The notes under the pieces were generated by a model. That model made no database searches. It was not told the origin of the DNA and worked only from the letters and a program-made list of their open reading frames with translations. The translations under genes were made by a program, and so were the position numbers. Shown piece after piece: positions 1 to 12,381 of a stretch of DNA of 64,000 nt. The DNA is from Marsupella aquatica (lineage: Eukaryota; Plantae; Marchantiophyta), in contig OZ316898.1 in assembly GCA_973895155.1 (NCBI GenBank), positions 13,608,330 through 13,672,329 of the forward strand, in the 5' to 3' direction. Within the stretch, counting starts at the first letter, position 1; each line of letters opens with the position of its first letter.

Positions 1-587
1 AAGGTAAGCCATCACAGCCTCAAATCTATACACGGTTACGCAGCAGCAATTGAGGAATGAATGCAGGTTGAGAATCTCATCTGAATCATCATCTTCCGTT
101 CTACCGAACAGTACTAAACGACGTACGAAACCGTTTAAAATTAATTCACCCACCCAGTACCATCTTTGTCCGCTGCAGATCATACTCGCATGATGGATTG
201 AGATGGTCATTCACACAGCATTGCAAAAACAAAACCAAAATCGAACCGAACTGAACTGGACCAAATAAAATCTGAATGCAAGAATGCAACACAAACCTGA
301 AAAACTTGGTGCATGGCTTAGTTTTGCTACCCAGTGCCGAACCAAGCATTCCGAAGTCATCTGCAACCACTGCACCGCACCCACCCAGACACACGTTCCG
401 CTACATTACTCTCAGAGTGAGACAAAGAAGAAGAAAAATAAAAGAATACGAAAGAACGGAGAAGAACTTGCCGCAATGGCCCCACACCCCTCCTCCCTCC
501 ACACACGCAGGCACGCACGTGCAACGACAAATAATCATTCACCCGAAAATTAGTTTCGTCCATCGCGCGAGCAGATTGGACCGGTAC

Positions 588-889
588 CCACCAGTTATGG
601 GTTGAGCAACTGCAGCATTTGCATATTGGTGAATTTGTTGATGATCTACAGCCACAACTCCATTTTGGTACCCGTTTGCTCCGGCTACTACTGTTTGCTG
701 TTGCTGCGTCTGTTGTTGTTGTTGTTGTTGCTGTTGTTGTTGTTGCAGAGCATTCTGATTCCCGTTCGCTTGCTGCTGCTGCAGTTGTTGATGTTGCTGA
801 TATTGCTGGTGCTGCTGATATTGCTGATGATGCTGCTGTAGAGCTTCGTATGGCCGAGCCTTCTTCTGCGGAGGCTCGTACGTTGCCAT
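588..889 (-). CDS. First coding exon of a Q-rich (low-complexity N-terminus) protein; gene probably continues beyond the left edge
   Basis: ATG at 889 (MATYEPPQKKARPY, NLS-like), long CAG/CAA poly-Q tracts, GT donor at 591 or 587, candidate micro-exon from 172 to ~150 after CTGCAG. Candidate 5'UTR intron 1454-1135 (GTAAGC...ATTCAG). Family not recognised. Confidence 0.7.
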
Positions 890-1889
890 TTATCTATCCT
901 CGCCTCTCTCTCTCCCTCCCTCCCTCCCCTGCTCCGTCCTTCCTCTGTCTCTCCTTCCTCTGTCCTTCCACCCTTACCCTCCCTCCCTCCCTCCCTTCGG
1001 ACAGGAAAAGAATCCAAGCTCTCCCCTCTACCAATTCGTCCTCTACCAGCCAACAGCCACCCGGCCAAGCCAGCACGCGAGCCAGCCAGCCAGCCAGCCC
1101 GCCCCGCCCCGCCCGCCCGCCAAGAAAATCTTCCTGAATTATCGCAAACTCACTTGTCCTCGAGTACACGAGCAACCCGGCCACCAGCCAGCGAATTGCA
1201 CAGCTGCTGTCCTTCCTCGCCACTCCTCCAAACAAACGGTTTTCAAGAATCCCCGAGCTCTCTCACTCGCGTGATTTGCATGCTCATCCTCGTCCCTCAC
1301 TGGCTCCCCGTCGCCTCTGTACTCCCAGCACTCTCTTCCCCTCAATCCATCATTTCTTCTTCATCACTCCTCGACCTCTTCTTCCACACCAAAGCACCGC
1401 AACTCAACTCAACTCAACCCAACTCAACGCTACGCAACGCACGGCAAAGCTTACGACTACCGTGGAAGAAGAAGAAGAAGAAGATCATGAGCGCAATTCA
1501 AAGATCAATTTCTTTGGTGCGCACCTCAGACGACGACGACGACGACGAGCAATGTGCGGAATCCTCCACGGTCTCTCTCCCCCCAATTTCCGCGCCATAG
1601 AAGAGCATGCGTCTCGACCCCGTCCGCCTTTCTCTGTGGGATAGCGCCCTCGACTCCCATTCCGTGCCTCCCATTCCCGCCACTGTAACGAGCGCCCCGC
1701 GAATCTTCGCGAATCTTCCGTTCTTGTGCACTCTACGCTGCGGGCCGGCGGTTCTCGTAACCAAAGGGGGCAGTTAGAAACTAACCATTCGAGAGCGGTG
1801 AATCTTTGCGCTGGCGGGTAGAACACTACTCGTCTCGTAAATTTTTTTATTTGCCTCCGCCTCACGATTTGTGAGTTTCTGTTCTCTCC

Positions 1890-2740
1890 GCTCGAAACCT
1901 GTCTGCTCCCCCCTCTTGTTGCCTAATCTCCGATACGTGCATGCGTTAGTGCTGATTACGGTTAGCCGCTGTGATTCCGCTTTCCACCGTGATCTCGGAT
2001 CGCGTTTGCTGGACTCTGATCGCATTTGGCAGAGATTGGACTCTGAGTGTTCTGAAATTCGAGCTTCCGACGTCGTTTTGGACCGGTTTTGCCTGGTCGC
2101 AAAACCTGTCTGCTCCCCCTCTTGTTGCCTCCTCACCGAGAGCTGCAATGGAGCTGATTAGGGGCAGTGCTCTTTCATTCTGCTTTCCATCGTGGGTTCG
2201 GATCGCGTTTGCTGGAGTCTGATCGCATTTGGCAGAGATTACAGTCCCGTCTATAATTCCAGTTTCTAACGTTTCGGAGTCGTAATTATGGGAAAGAGTC
2301 TGACCGCAAAACCGGTCCGCACCATCTTGTGCCTAGTCATGGAGTGATCGATGGTGCGCAGACAGAACTGCATTAATGTAATCCCGCTTCCAATGTGGTT
2401 TCGGATCGCATTTGGTGGAGATTACGGTCAGGCAGGTCTACAAAACTCCGATTTCTATCGTCGTTTTAGAGTGGAAATTCTGCGAAAGAGCCTGACCGCA
2501 AAACCTGTCTGATTGGATCGCAAAACCTGCCTGCCCCTTTCTTGGCTAATCACCGAGTGATTGATCATGCATAGAGCTGCAATAGAGCTGATTACGGTTT
2601 GTTCGGTCCTTCCGATTTTTTTTCCAACGTGGTTTCTGAGCGTCAGGCGACAGAGTCTGATCGCATTTGGGGGGCTACCGCTTTGGAGTGGTAATCAAGC
2701 GAAAGAGTCTGATCGCATGTGGCGGGCTTACGGCTAGTAT
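1890..2740. repeat. Degenerate ~200-bp tandem array (about 4 units)
   Basis: Recurring AAACCTGTCTGCTCCCCCTCTTG-like motif (~1895, 2101, 2308, 2522) and TCTGATCGCATTTGG-like motif (~2015, 2218, 2402, 2657, 2708). Confidence 0.8.
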
Positions 2741-3269
2741 TATCTTTCCAGTTTCCACTGTGCTTTCGTAGTGTGATTGTATTATCTATTTAAGTGGGTA
2801 TGAGGGGAGGAGGACTGCTGGCATTTGGTTAATTTCCACTGGCGGTGATTGCTCTTGATCTTTCTGTTCTGTTCTACTCAACTCGGTGGCCACTGCTGAA
2901 CAAATTGAGTCGATAGGCCAGGACGCTGGGTTGATGCCTTTACATCTGGTAAACAAACATTCAAGGTCTCCATTCATAGTACAGATCAATCATGTTGTTC
3001 TCTTCCTTCCTTCAAACGGCAAAGACCGGTCGTCACAGCAGTTTCTGGGGGAAGCCATGGTCAACAATTAGAGTCGCGCGGACTCGTACGTATCGCAATC
3101 ACTGGCAATTTGTTCAAGGCTAGAGTTTCACGTAAAAGAACGAGCACTATTACGACAGCGCAGGGCTGCCATCGGCATGATGATTCCTAGCATTCTCTTT
3201 CGCTGGCCTGCCCCACCAAAATGCCTCTTTAGTCATGCTGCCATCATTAGTTTTTCTGGCCGCAGCATT

Positions 3270-4190
3270 TTCTTTTGGAGCTACAGTTCGGCGAGATACT
3301 CGATCATGAAGAGCAGGTAATTCCACTTTTACGATTTCGATAGCAAAGAGTCACGACTCCACTCCTTCGTCATCAACGGAAGAAGAATGTATAGCAGCAG
3401 AAGCGTTTTGATTCTTTTGGAGCTGAAGTTCGACGAGATACTGAAGAAGAGCAGATAGTGATCGTTCCACTTATACAAATATTCGATAGCTAATTAAGAC
3501 TCACAACTCCATTCCTCTGTCATTAGCGGAAGGAGTGCAGTAGAAAAGAATCAAGTTAAGAGAGAATTTTGAAACTCATGCGCAACAGTAGAACTGCAGA
3601 GTCCCGAGGCTCGGACCGAGGAGAATGGTGTCTGAACGTACAAGAGAAGAAATCTAAGCAACGATGAACTCAGAGCGTCGAGCACAGAAGGTCGAGCACA
3701 GAAGAATTTCTTGACAGTAAAACCCGAATTCTTTCTTTCACCTCCCCCAAAAGTTGGAAAAACCAACAGTGAATACAGAGCGAGAAGATGAAGTAATTTA
3801 CTGAGAAAGGTCCAAAAATGAATTAACATAACTTATGGAGAAAAGAGAACAAAGTTCGGATGCGACGACTCGTACTACTATAGAAACACCGAGGACAAAC
3901 GAAACTATATGAGGCTCCAAACTGTCACTCCTACCGACGACGGAATGCATGGGTTCAGGTCCTACCGCAAATTTACAAATGTTGGGAAAAGCCAACAGTA
4001 AATCGAAGCCAGAAGACGAAGAAGAAATTTAGTGACAAAGGGCCCATAATGAAAAAACAAAACGGAGAACGAGATACGTTGATAGAAACAAGTCCCGATA
4101 CGATCACAGAAAAACCGACGACAAAAGGAGCGACATCAGGCTCCACACTGTCACTCCTATTGACGACGGAATGGAGTTCGAGTACATCTA
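3270..4190. repeat. Two sets of degenerate tandem duplications (~140 bp x2 and ~230 bp x2)
   Basis: TTTTGGAGCT..GTTCG.CGAGATACT at ~3272 and ~3415; GGCTCCA.ACTGTCACTCCTA..GACGACGGAATG at ~3913 and ~4139. Confidence 0.75.
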
Positions 4191-4514
4191 GCTAATAAAG
4201 CCCGATCGAAAGCTACTTCTTGGGCCTATATATTTCACTCTAGAACATAACTATTCGTGAAGGCTTACCTGAAAGTGAGAGCGCAGACAGGGATGATGGA
4301 AACGAAGCACAGAAAATAATAAGGGAAATCCTTTCTTTTTTAAGGTTCTTTTTGTCTCCTCTCCTAATCTCTATTTATGATCGAGAAATGGTTTATCAGG
4401 CTAATTTGATTGGGTAATCAGGCTAGTTTTAAGGGGCAATCGGGCTAGCTTGAACGCTAGTTTCAATTCATACCACTCGCTGCCAACTTGCATGGTGTCT
4501 TGAGGCCCATAGAT

Positions 4515-4791
4515 CAGTGTTATTTTTAGTGGCGAAAATTCGCTAGATTCCACCCCCTCAAAAATCCTTCGCCACTTTTGGCGAAACTTCGCTACTATTT
4601 TGCTGGCTCATTAGCCAGTGTTTCACCTAATCCCAGGCCCCATTAGCCAGAATCTAACGGTCAGCCTTAAATCTAGGGAGATCTGATGGTCAGGAAAATA
4701 ATTGAATAAGGAATCTTCTGAGCATCTTCTCCCTCACACACTTTACATTCGCCACTCTGGCTAAAAAGTGAAATCCTTAAAAAATACGCTG
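4515..4791. mobile_element. hAT-type MITE (277 bp)
   Basis: Imperfect TIRs CAGTGTTATTTTTA / TAAAAAATACGCTG; 8-bp TSD CCATAGAT (4507-4514) / CCATGGAT (4792-4799). Confidence 0.7.
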
Positions 4792-5694
4792 CCATGGATC
4801 ACTCATGAATGTTCCTGCATAGTTTCCCTTACTTAAGCAGCACAACTCACCAGAAATAGATCCAGGTCGATCTCTGGCCATATATTAACTATATTGTTAC
4901 AATCCAAAACTGCTCTTGAGGACTTGGAGTCTCACTATATGGAACCCCCTTTTGATCGAAGTCTCAACCGGACAATCACCTTGTAATTCGAGGGAACAAA
5001 AGTCTGGTATTTTCTTACTCCTGTTGATTGAAGATGAGATCTTCCAATTATGGCGGAAGATATATGCAGAGGCTGGATCGAAAGCTCCAAGACGGTGCTG
5101 GAGAGTATGAAGGGTGCGCCATGAGCCCCGAAATTGATCACTCCTACTACCTTTTGGTGTTTTGAGCTTTGTTGGCCGCCTAGCATGCTACAGGAGCCCG
5201 TGCTGGTGTGTGTTCTTGCCATGGTTGACTTTAGTAGGAGCCCTCCAACAACATGTCTAGACAGAATGATGTCAAAATTGCCATATTGTTTAAATCTCTT
5301 TTCAAGCTGCCGATAAATCCAACATGTTGTCATGACTATGCATCCTGGGCCACTTGCTGCAAACATACCAAGTTCCCCTCAGGAATTTAGGGCATGATGA
5401 CTGAACTTACATATCAAAGATGGGAACTATCAACAGAATGAGATTTTTGTGATGCTGCTATGTGGAACATCTCTATTTCTGTCTCCCTGGTCCAGTTTTA
5501 TTTGGTTATTATGTCCATTTTAATTTTGGCTAGAGGGTTGTGTTCTTGTTACTCCATTGGTTTTGAATTTATTTGAGACCTCCATATATGTTCTTTGTTA
5601 TTCCTTTACTTTTCATTTTTTTTCTCTTGTCCTCCTTTCCACAATTCTTTTCTAATTTTGGGCTTGAAAATAATCTTCAATCATGCAAAACAAT

Positions 5695-5760
5695 TGTTGC
5701 TTGCAGGGCTCAAACCCACTAGATTCAACGGAAAGCCACCACCACTGTGCTACATAGTTA
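5695..5760 (-). mobile_element. Possible tRNA-derived SINE head (degenerate)
   Basis: Minus-strand Pol III A box TAGCACAGTGG (5752-5742) and B-box-like GGTTTGAGCCC (5716-5706), 25 nt apart; no cloverleaf. Confidence 0.35.
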
Positions 5761-8700
5761 TCCTGCACATGACATTATATTCACTACATAAATGTTTAAG
5801 ATTTCTGTGCCTGTACCATGCAAACATGGTTTCCAAGATTGCTGCACCTAGCTTTCTTCACAAATAACTTTACAGTAAATTCCTTTCTTTACTTTTATAC
5901 AAATGATTACTTGAATAAATTCAAATCAGATATGCTAAGATAAGATCACTTTTAGAAAATTTAATAAGTTAAGATAGCAAAGTATTAGAAGGGTGTAGTT
6001 ATATCCAAAGGTGTTAGAAAATTTGCTAAACTCAAACCAATACAAAGTGAACGGATAGACTAGACCAAACTTATATCAAAATACATAGCTAGCTGTTCTA
6101 ATAAGACAAGATAGATCACAAGGTGTTTTGCCATATAGGAGTCTCACTCTAAATTGGATGACTAGTAGCTAATCTCTAAAGTACTCAATTTGATATTTGC
6201 GCATGCAATTATCCAAACATTTCTCCTTGAATTAGGGTCTTTAGTTAGCCCGATTGCGGTACAGTCGTAACTCTAGACCTAAGAGTAAATCCTAACATTT
6301 TGTAATAAACCAAGGTCAAGGTAGCACTCGATCCCCAGATTTGGTAGTTTGGTAAAATGCAGATAAGTTCTAGTCAGATTGGGACTCTAGATTCCACAAA
6401 TGTCGATCCCTAATAGAATTTAAATCTAAATCTGGATTTGGAATCAGCCCTTGAGTATTGTTCAGTTGCAGGTTTTCTCCCCAAAAAGATGCAACCTTAC
6501 CAGCACAGATTGAACATTTTTCAACTGTCATTATTTCAATATTTATTTACCAAAATTTCTATTATTTTATTTATCTGCATGTAAATTGTTTGTAAATTCT
6601 TTAAATAATTTCAAGGTAACCCCTTTATTTTATTTTTAGAAAGTTTTTCTTTCTAGTGTCACTCTGAGTTGCGTTTAAAATTGACTAGTTAGGAGCACCT
6701 CCCCTGTCACACCATTATGAGTGCTTTTAAAGTACATTGTGTCATCTGAGTTTAGAGCTTGCATACGTATGCTATATGAATCGATAGGGTCCAATTCACG
6801 TTTGTAGGGATAGTTATCCCTTGTGACTCAAAGGCCTCATCTTTCAATGTTCAGCCTTTGAGCACAAGCTTTGGTGGCTATGGTGTGGCCAACGAGATTA
6901 TGTGAATGTATCACGGATTCCTTGAAGCGAAATGTGTGTTTGGCTTGACATATAGGTGTGTGATCGGATCGGGCATGATTGAGTGTGTATTATTGGCAAC
7001 GATCACTATTCAATTTGGTGATGATTATTGTGTGTTTTGGACATGCATGTGTGGACATGAGTTCCACTAGTATCTCATCCTCTTATGTTTATTTGTGCCT
7101 ATGTTTGGATATGTGTGACATGCGATATATGTTGTGCGCATGTATTGATGTGTATGCACACAACACCCCCCTCCCTAAATTTAAAAAAAAAAACATCAAA
7201 GTAGTCATGTTAACAACTATTGGAATCATGCAATTCATTGTGAATCATCTAATGCAAGCTTTGTGAGAATTGTTACAATAAAGCCATTTAATATCACTCT
7301 CAGTTGTTGGCATTCTTTAACTTTAGTTGACATCATAATTGTTATTACTTTGTGAATACCCACTTAAACATTAATACTTCTATGTATAGGTGTTTCAATA
7401 CCTTCCTCCTTAAAACAATGGGGTATTTTAGAAAACAAATGGTCTCAAAACTAGAAATCAATACTCAGACAAGTTTCTTTAATATATAGAATATTTGTTT
7501 TCTATTTTGTTCAAGAACAAATAATAAAGTCTATTCCAAGATGATCATGTTATGAAGAAAAATATCAGCATGCTATGGTCTTTTATAGAAAAACAACAAT
7601 TACAAATTGTAAGCAACTCTTAGGATTATTCATAAGAATGATGATCAGCATGCGCAGTTTCTTAAATCAAAATATAAGACAACTATTATGTGTGATTTGA
7701 AGGCAAACTAAACAAATTAGGCTAATTACATGCATGTGGACACGGTCTCTTGCTGCACCCTTAAGAGATATGTATGGATTGTATGTTAATTTATGAGGAC
7801 AGGACTATGTAGAAAGACTTGTATCCACAATGGGGTAGGCATCAACCATAAACACATGTTGACGAGGATCTCACTATCTTCATTGGCCTGGACTGTACCT
7901 GACATGTGTGTCATTCACTCATGAAAATTGGTTTGAGTACCCCTTGATTATGTGAGCTTAATGTTATTAATCATAAAGTTGTAGCAATGAAGATCGAATT
8001 GTTTATTGGAATAGGTTTGAATATGGATATGAGACTACAAACACTAATTAAATGGAGGATTCAGAATAAAGTTGGTTTCAAGGTAATTAGGACAAGTTCA
8101 ATTTCATTGCAAACAAGGAGGAGATTATTCATGATTGGTAAGAGTCCACGCAAAGTGTTCCCTCAATGGTACTCCTATATCCATAGAGTCCATGCAATAT
8201 GTTACAAATGCCACAGGTTTTCTTACATTCCTCTGGTATCATTCCCCTATCCATAGGAGTAGTTGAAATGTTTTTATTTTTTCTTGGTATTCTTCTGTCC
8301 AGAGTAGCCAAATGGTTTATTATGTCACCTTCCTAAATGTTATAGTAGCTTAAGAGTTTCCTTCCCATGGTTATTTAAAAAACCTGTCAATTAAATAAAA
8401 AATTCAAACATTTTGACAAAAAACATTGATATATTAATCACAAGCCATCCAAAAGTTTTCAAACCTCTTTTACCCCTTTAATTTGTTGGTCACTTAAGTG
8501 TGATTCTCCCTTTCTCATTGTATTTACAGATGTAGGGTCTAGCAGTTTTTCTTTGTCTTGCCTCACTAGTCAGACACAGATTTTCATGTTAACTTTGTGT
8601 TTTTTTGCATAACCTTTTGTTCTAAGCCTTGTTTGTGACCAATAGTACGTGCTGATGTGGCTCCACTTGCTTCCAGGGATTTGGAAGGAGCTTCCCATGG

Positions 8701-9099
8701 GGCTCCGTAACTAGCCACAATCATCAAAAGCAAATGCTACATGAGATCACATTTTCAGCGAGAGATTACATGAAGGTACAAGCGTTTTTCATGACATAAT
8801 GATTACAGGTTTTACATGTATGGCAGACTCTCATGGCTCACTCAACCTTTATCTCAAAGATTATCCTTGACATTTCCATCTTAGCACATTCATAGCTTCA
8901 TTTGAGTTTTTTAGAACTCTCAAATAAATAACATGTTGAGACTAAGTCACTACTAGAAATCCTAGATTCTACTTGACATGCTTATTTAATAATTATCAAT
9001 ATCAAACTATACATTTCTTTTCCGAAATGTCTCATTCTGCATGTCTCCCTACCATTCCATAAACTTCTACTTGACATAGATTCAATTTTATGCTGGTGA

Positions 9100-9412
9100 T
9101 GTTGAGCATAGACGACAATCGCAATGGCAAGCCCATGAACCATCCAACGCACAAGAGTCGACACAGAGAGATATGTGGTTCACCTCCACATGAGGCTACA
9201 TCCACGGGAACACACAAGAGCTTTACTGCACTCTAGACCGACCGGCCATACCAAACATCCACAGCACAAACTCTCCCTATCTCTCAACTAGCTCTGTAAC
9301 AATGAGCCTTAGTCCCACTAGGGGTTGGCACCAGCCCTGGAAATATACGCAACAGCACTACCGCTAACATTAGCTAAGTCCTAACCCGAGTTGACTAGAG
9401 CAATATCTAATA
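9100..9412 (-). mobile_element. Solo LTR of a Copia-type family
   Basis: TG...TA ends (CA mutated to TA); 5-bp TSD GGTGA (9095-9099 / 9413-9417). Contains GTGGTTCACCTC...GGCTACATCCACGGGAA, similar to the motif in the LTRs at 28458 and 34175. Confidence 0.75.
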
Positions 9413-9479
9413 GGTGACACTTTTTTGATATTTATTATCTGCATTTTTCAATTCATTAAAGGAAATTTCCACGTTAGCT

Positions 9480-10145
9480 TTTTTCTCAATAAAACCCACA
9501 AAACCCCACAGGAAAGGAAGTTAAAAAGGCAATACAAGGGCTGAACAAAACAAAAGGGTGCCAACCAAGCCCAAAATGTGTTGACAAGAACAAGAACACC
9601 CCAAAGTCAAGGGGAGGAGGGCCACAAAGCAAAGTCAAAATGAGGCCAAGCAGGAAGGAAAGTGTGCCCCCCAGCACCTAACCCCAAGGAACTAAAAGGC
9701 ACAGTAACAGACCATATGTCACTAGGAGCACCCCCAAGGGCAACCGGGAATGCCCTGGCGGTAAGGCAAAAACCAATCTCAAGAGAGCGGGGACAATATA
9801 GAGAGCCACCTGTGAAGGTCCCGTGACGAACTAACAATCTAAAGGCACGGAAGCCACCAAAAAGAAATAGCGCCCTTCATGCAAGCTTTCTACCACAATG
9901 ATGGGGATTGCCAACAGCCACAATATAAAAATTCTGAAACAGACCACCCAAGCAACTAATTGCCCCCACCAACAAGAATGTCCAACTTCCAGCATGGACA
10001 GTCCCATCCAAGCCAACATCCCAGCCTAAAAGAGCACACTTGAGATCTCAATAAGGTCAATAAGGTCAGGCCACAATAAGCAACATTGACCGAACACCCA
10101 AGAAACAAACTAATCAACACTATTGGCAAATTCTCCTCCGGGTAC
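9480..10145 (-). mobile_element. Possible decayed LINE 3' fragment
   Basis: Broken W/C/F-rich frames on the minus strand followed by a G/T-rich tail ending TTATTGAGAAAAAA; no intact domain. Confidence 0.3.
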
Positions 10146-10215
10146 AAGGGCGCTGGTAAAAGGGTTTTGCAAGCAATTCACACTTATCATACAATTTTTC
10201 TTAACAACTTTTAAG

Positions 10216-10374
10216 GAGAGATTTGTTTGGTGGGACCCCAAATGGAAATGTTTTACTTGATAGGACCCTTGAAAGTTTGGGTCCGTCTATTCAAGGTAAA
10301 TCAATGGCCTGGATCATTCAGGGGTCCTATCAAGTAAAACATTTCCATTTGGGGTCCCACCAAACAAATCCCTC
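10216..10374. mobile_element. Mutator-type MITE (159 bp), young
   Basis: ~58-bp near-perfect TIRs (GAGAGATTTGTTTGGTGGGACCCC.../...GGGGTCCCACCAAACAAATCCCTC); perfect 10-bp TSD AACTTTTAAG (10206-10215 / 10375-10384). Confidence 0.9.
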
Positions 10375-10560
10375 AACTTTTAAGTACATTGCCAAATATG
10401 TTTGAATTTACATTGCTGCCACTACTTTTTTGTATTTACAAAAATGCCCGTAGTTCCCTGGTTACCTTGGTAAACTTGTCATCCATATACAAAATGGTGA
10501 TATTTTTATAAATACAAAAAATACAGTGACAATATTGTAAAGGCATGGTACTTAAAAAGT
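10375..10560. mobile_element. Older degenerate TIR element whose end was hit by the 159-bp MITE
   Basis: ACTTTTAAGTACATTGCC...TTTTTTGTATTTACAAAAAT is the inverted counterpart of ATTTTTATAAATACAAAAAA...GGCATGGTACTTAAAAAGT. Confidence 0.6.
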
Positions 10561-10804
10561 GTTTTTTCTTAGGTCATGGGGCTCTTGCATAAAAGATTAT
10601 TGCACTCACAGAAGAGGGGCAGGTTAAGGGCTGGTGATGGAATCCAATATGAGGGTTATTTCTTATTTCCTGGCCTCCAAAGGACGTGCCAAATTTGGGG
10701 TTTAGAGAGCATCCACCCCTAAACCTCTGGGGATGGCATCAGTTAAGGGCCACAAAAGAAAGAGCTGAGTGCATGCAAGGCAGCCCTCAGGCTAGTTTCC
10801 AATA

Positions 10805-11066
10805 AGTATTTAATTTTTACGCTAACCTGATCGTCCCTAAACCCTCCTGTAAACGAGACGGGCACTGTCTTCACGAGCCTCTTGATCTCAGATATGACAC
10901 AAACAGCTCATGAAAATAATGGTGAAGAGGAGTCAATATTTATTTTTTGCGCTAACCTGATCGTCCCTAAACCCTACTGTACACGAGACGGCACTGTCTT
11001 CACGAGCCTCTTGATCTCAGATATGACACAAACAGCTCATAAGAAAATAATGGTGTAAGACGAGTA
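10805..11066 (+). promoter_or_regulatory. ~130-bp tandem duplication in the RPL3 promoter carrying telo-box-like motifs
   Basis: Two near-identical copies of GCTAACCTGATCGTCCCTAAACCCT...GACACAAACAGCTCAT; second copy has a perfect AAACCCTA. Confidence 0.7.
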
Positions 11067-11301
11067 GAAACGAAAGAGCTCTGCGAGAAGCGGAATCCCT
11101 AGAGCAGAGTAGAGAGAGAGCACTTAGGGCTGAGGGGACTCCGAAGTATTGAATGCAACTTACAGGCTGGGGATTGATTTTGGATAGACTCAGTGCAATG
11201 CACCCACTGCTCCAGGCACTGCTCCAGAAATGAAATGAAGAAGGGCTGGGGTTTGGAGCAGCACCGAGCAGCAGGGGACGGCAGGGGAGGGGAGCGGAAC
11301 C

Positions 11302-12381
11302 ATGTCTGCGAAATCAGCAGAGGGAGTGCTGCTGCTGAGCTTTTGGCTGGGAAGGAGGACCTTCGTTTCCAAATCTCTGGTACCCAATTCCGTGAACGCT
11401 TTTGAGATTTCTTCTTCTTCTTCTTCTTCTTCTTTGTGGCACTCAGCGGCAGCTGTGCGATCGTCAATTCTGTCACCATCGTCTTCGGGATTCTTCTCTG
11501 GTGCAAGGACTGCAGCTGGTAATTTCACTTCTGGTCGATCTTTCGCCAGTGCGGCACTGGAAGAGGTGGAGCCTCCAACGAATGGAGGCGTCGTGGCCGA
11601 GGCTAAGGCGAGACCGATGGGTACAGGATCTCGAAGGACCGGAGTCGTGGCTGTGAAATGCGGTATGACAGCAGTGTGGGATAGGTGGGGCACTCGTGTA
11701 CCTGTGACTGTGCTCTGGGTGGACGACAATCTGGTCACTCAGTTGAAAACAAAAGACAAGGAAGGTCACTATGCATTGCAGATTGGTGCAGGGCAGAAGA
11801 AGCCGAAGCAGTTGACGAAGCCCGAATTAGGTCATTTCATAGCCCAGGGTGTCCCCTTGAAGCGGAAGCTGGTAGAGTTCCCGGTCTCGGAGGATGCCAT
11901 CTTACCAGTTGGGACTACGATTAACGTTCGCCATTTTGTACCAGGGCAGTACATTGATGTGGCTGGCATAACTACAGGAAAGGGTTTCCAGGGTGGAATG
12001 AAAAGGTGGGGGTTTTCTGGAATGCCTGCATCTCATGGTGCATCACTTTCTCACCGAAGTATAGGTTCGACTGGTGGTCGGCAAGATCCTGGGAAAGTGT
12101 TTAAAGGGAAGAAGATGCCTGGGCAAATGGGGGCCAAAAGAACTACTATAAAGAATATATGGGTGTACCGAATAGATCCTGCTAGAAATCTGATGTGGGT
12201 TAAAGGGCAGATTCCTGGACACGCTGGGAACTTTGTAGAACTGAGGGATGCTGTTTTCAAGAAGCCAGATCCGTCTACCTTGCCATTTCCTACTTTCTTT
12301 CCTTCGCCTGATGAACATGTCAGCTCTCTCAAGCCTATTGACGTGAATGTGGGTGAGAAGGATCCGTTTTTGGTGGATTAG
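11302..12381 (+). CDS. RPL3: Mitochondrial 50S ribosomal protein L3 (uL3m), single exon
   Basis: uL3 motifs KCGMT, GKGFQGGMKRWGFSG, SHGASLSHRSIGSTG, GKKMPGQMG; Ser/Arg-rich presequence. Confidence 0.95.
   Translation: MSAKSAEGVLLLSFWLGRRTFVSKSLVPNSVNAFEISSSSSSSSLWHSAAAVRSSILSPSSSGFFSGARTAAGNFTSGRSFASAALEEVEPPTNGGVVAEAKARPMGTGSRRTGVVAVKCGMTAVWDRWGTRVPVTVLWVDDNLVTQLKTKDKEGHYALQIGAGQKKPKQLTKPELGHFIAQGVPLKRKLVEFPVSEDAILPVGTTINVRHFVPGQYIDVAGITTGKGFQGGMKRWGFSGMPASHGASLSHRSIGSTGGRQDPGKVFKGKKMPGQMGAKRTTIKNIWVYRIDPARNLMWVKGQIPGHAGNFVELRDAVFKKPDPSTLPFPTFFPSPDEHVSSLKPIDVNVGEKDPFLVD

Noticed and set aside
602-1137. Poly-Leu and poly-Val/Ala ORFs on the plus strand
   Set aside because: Antisense shadows of the CAG/CAA tract.
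1638-1648. GGGATAGCGCC matches the 3' half of miR390
   Set aside because: The 5' half does not match and no star arm is visible; an 11-nt chance match.
1890-2740. Repeat array as a CRISPR array or snoRNA cluster
   Set aside because: Eukaryotic context, whole units are homologous (no unique spacers), and there is no conserved C box.
2835-3116. Complementary 10-11-mers suggesting a miRNA precursor
   Set aside because: The pairings are crossed rather than nested, so no continuous stem forms.
4900-9090. Short ORFs in AT-rich DNA
   Set aside because: No recognisable domains; probably decayed TE sequence I cannot classify.
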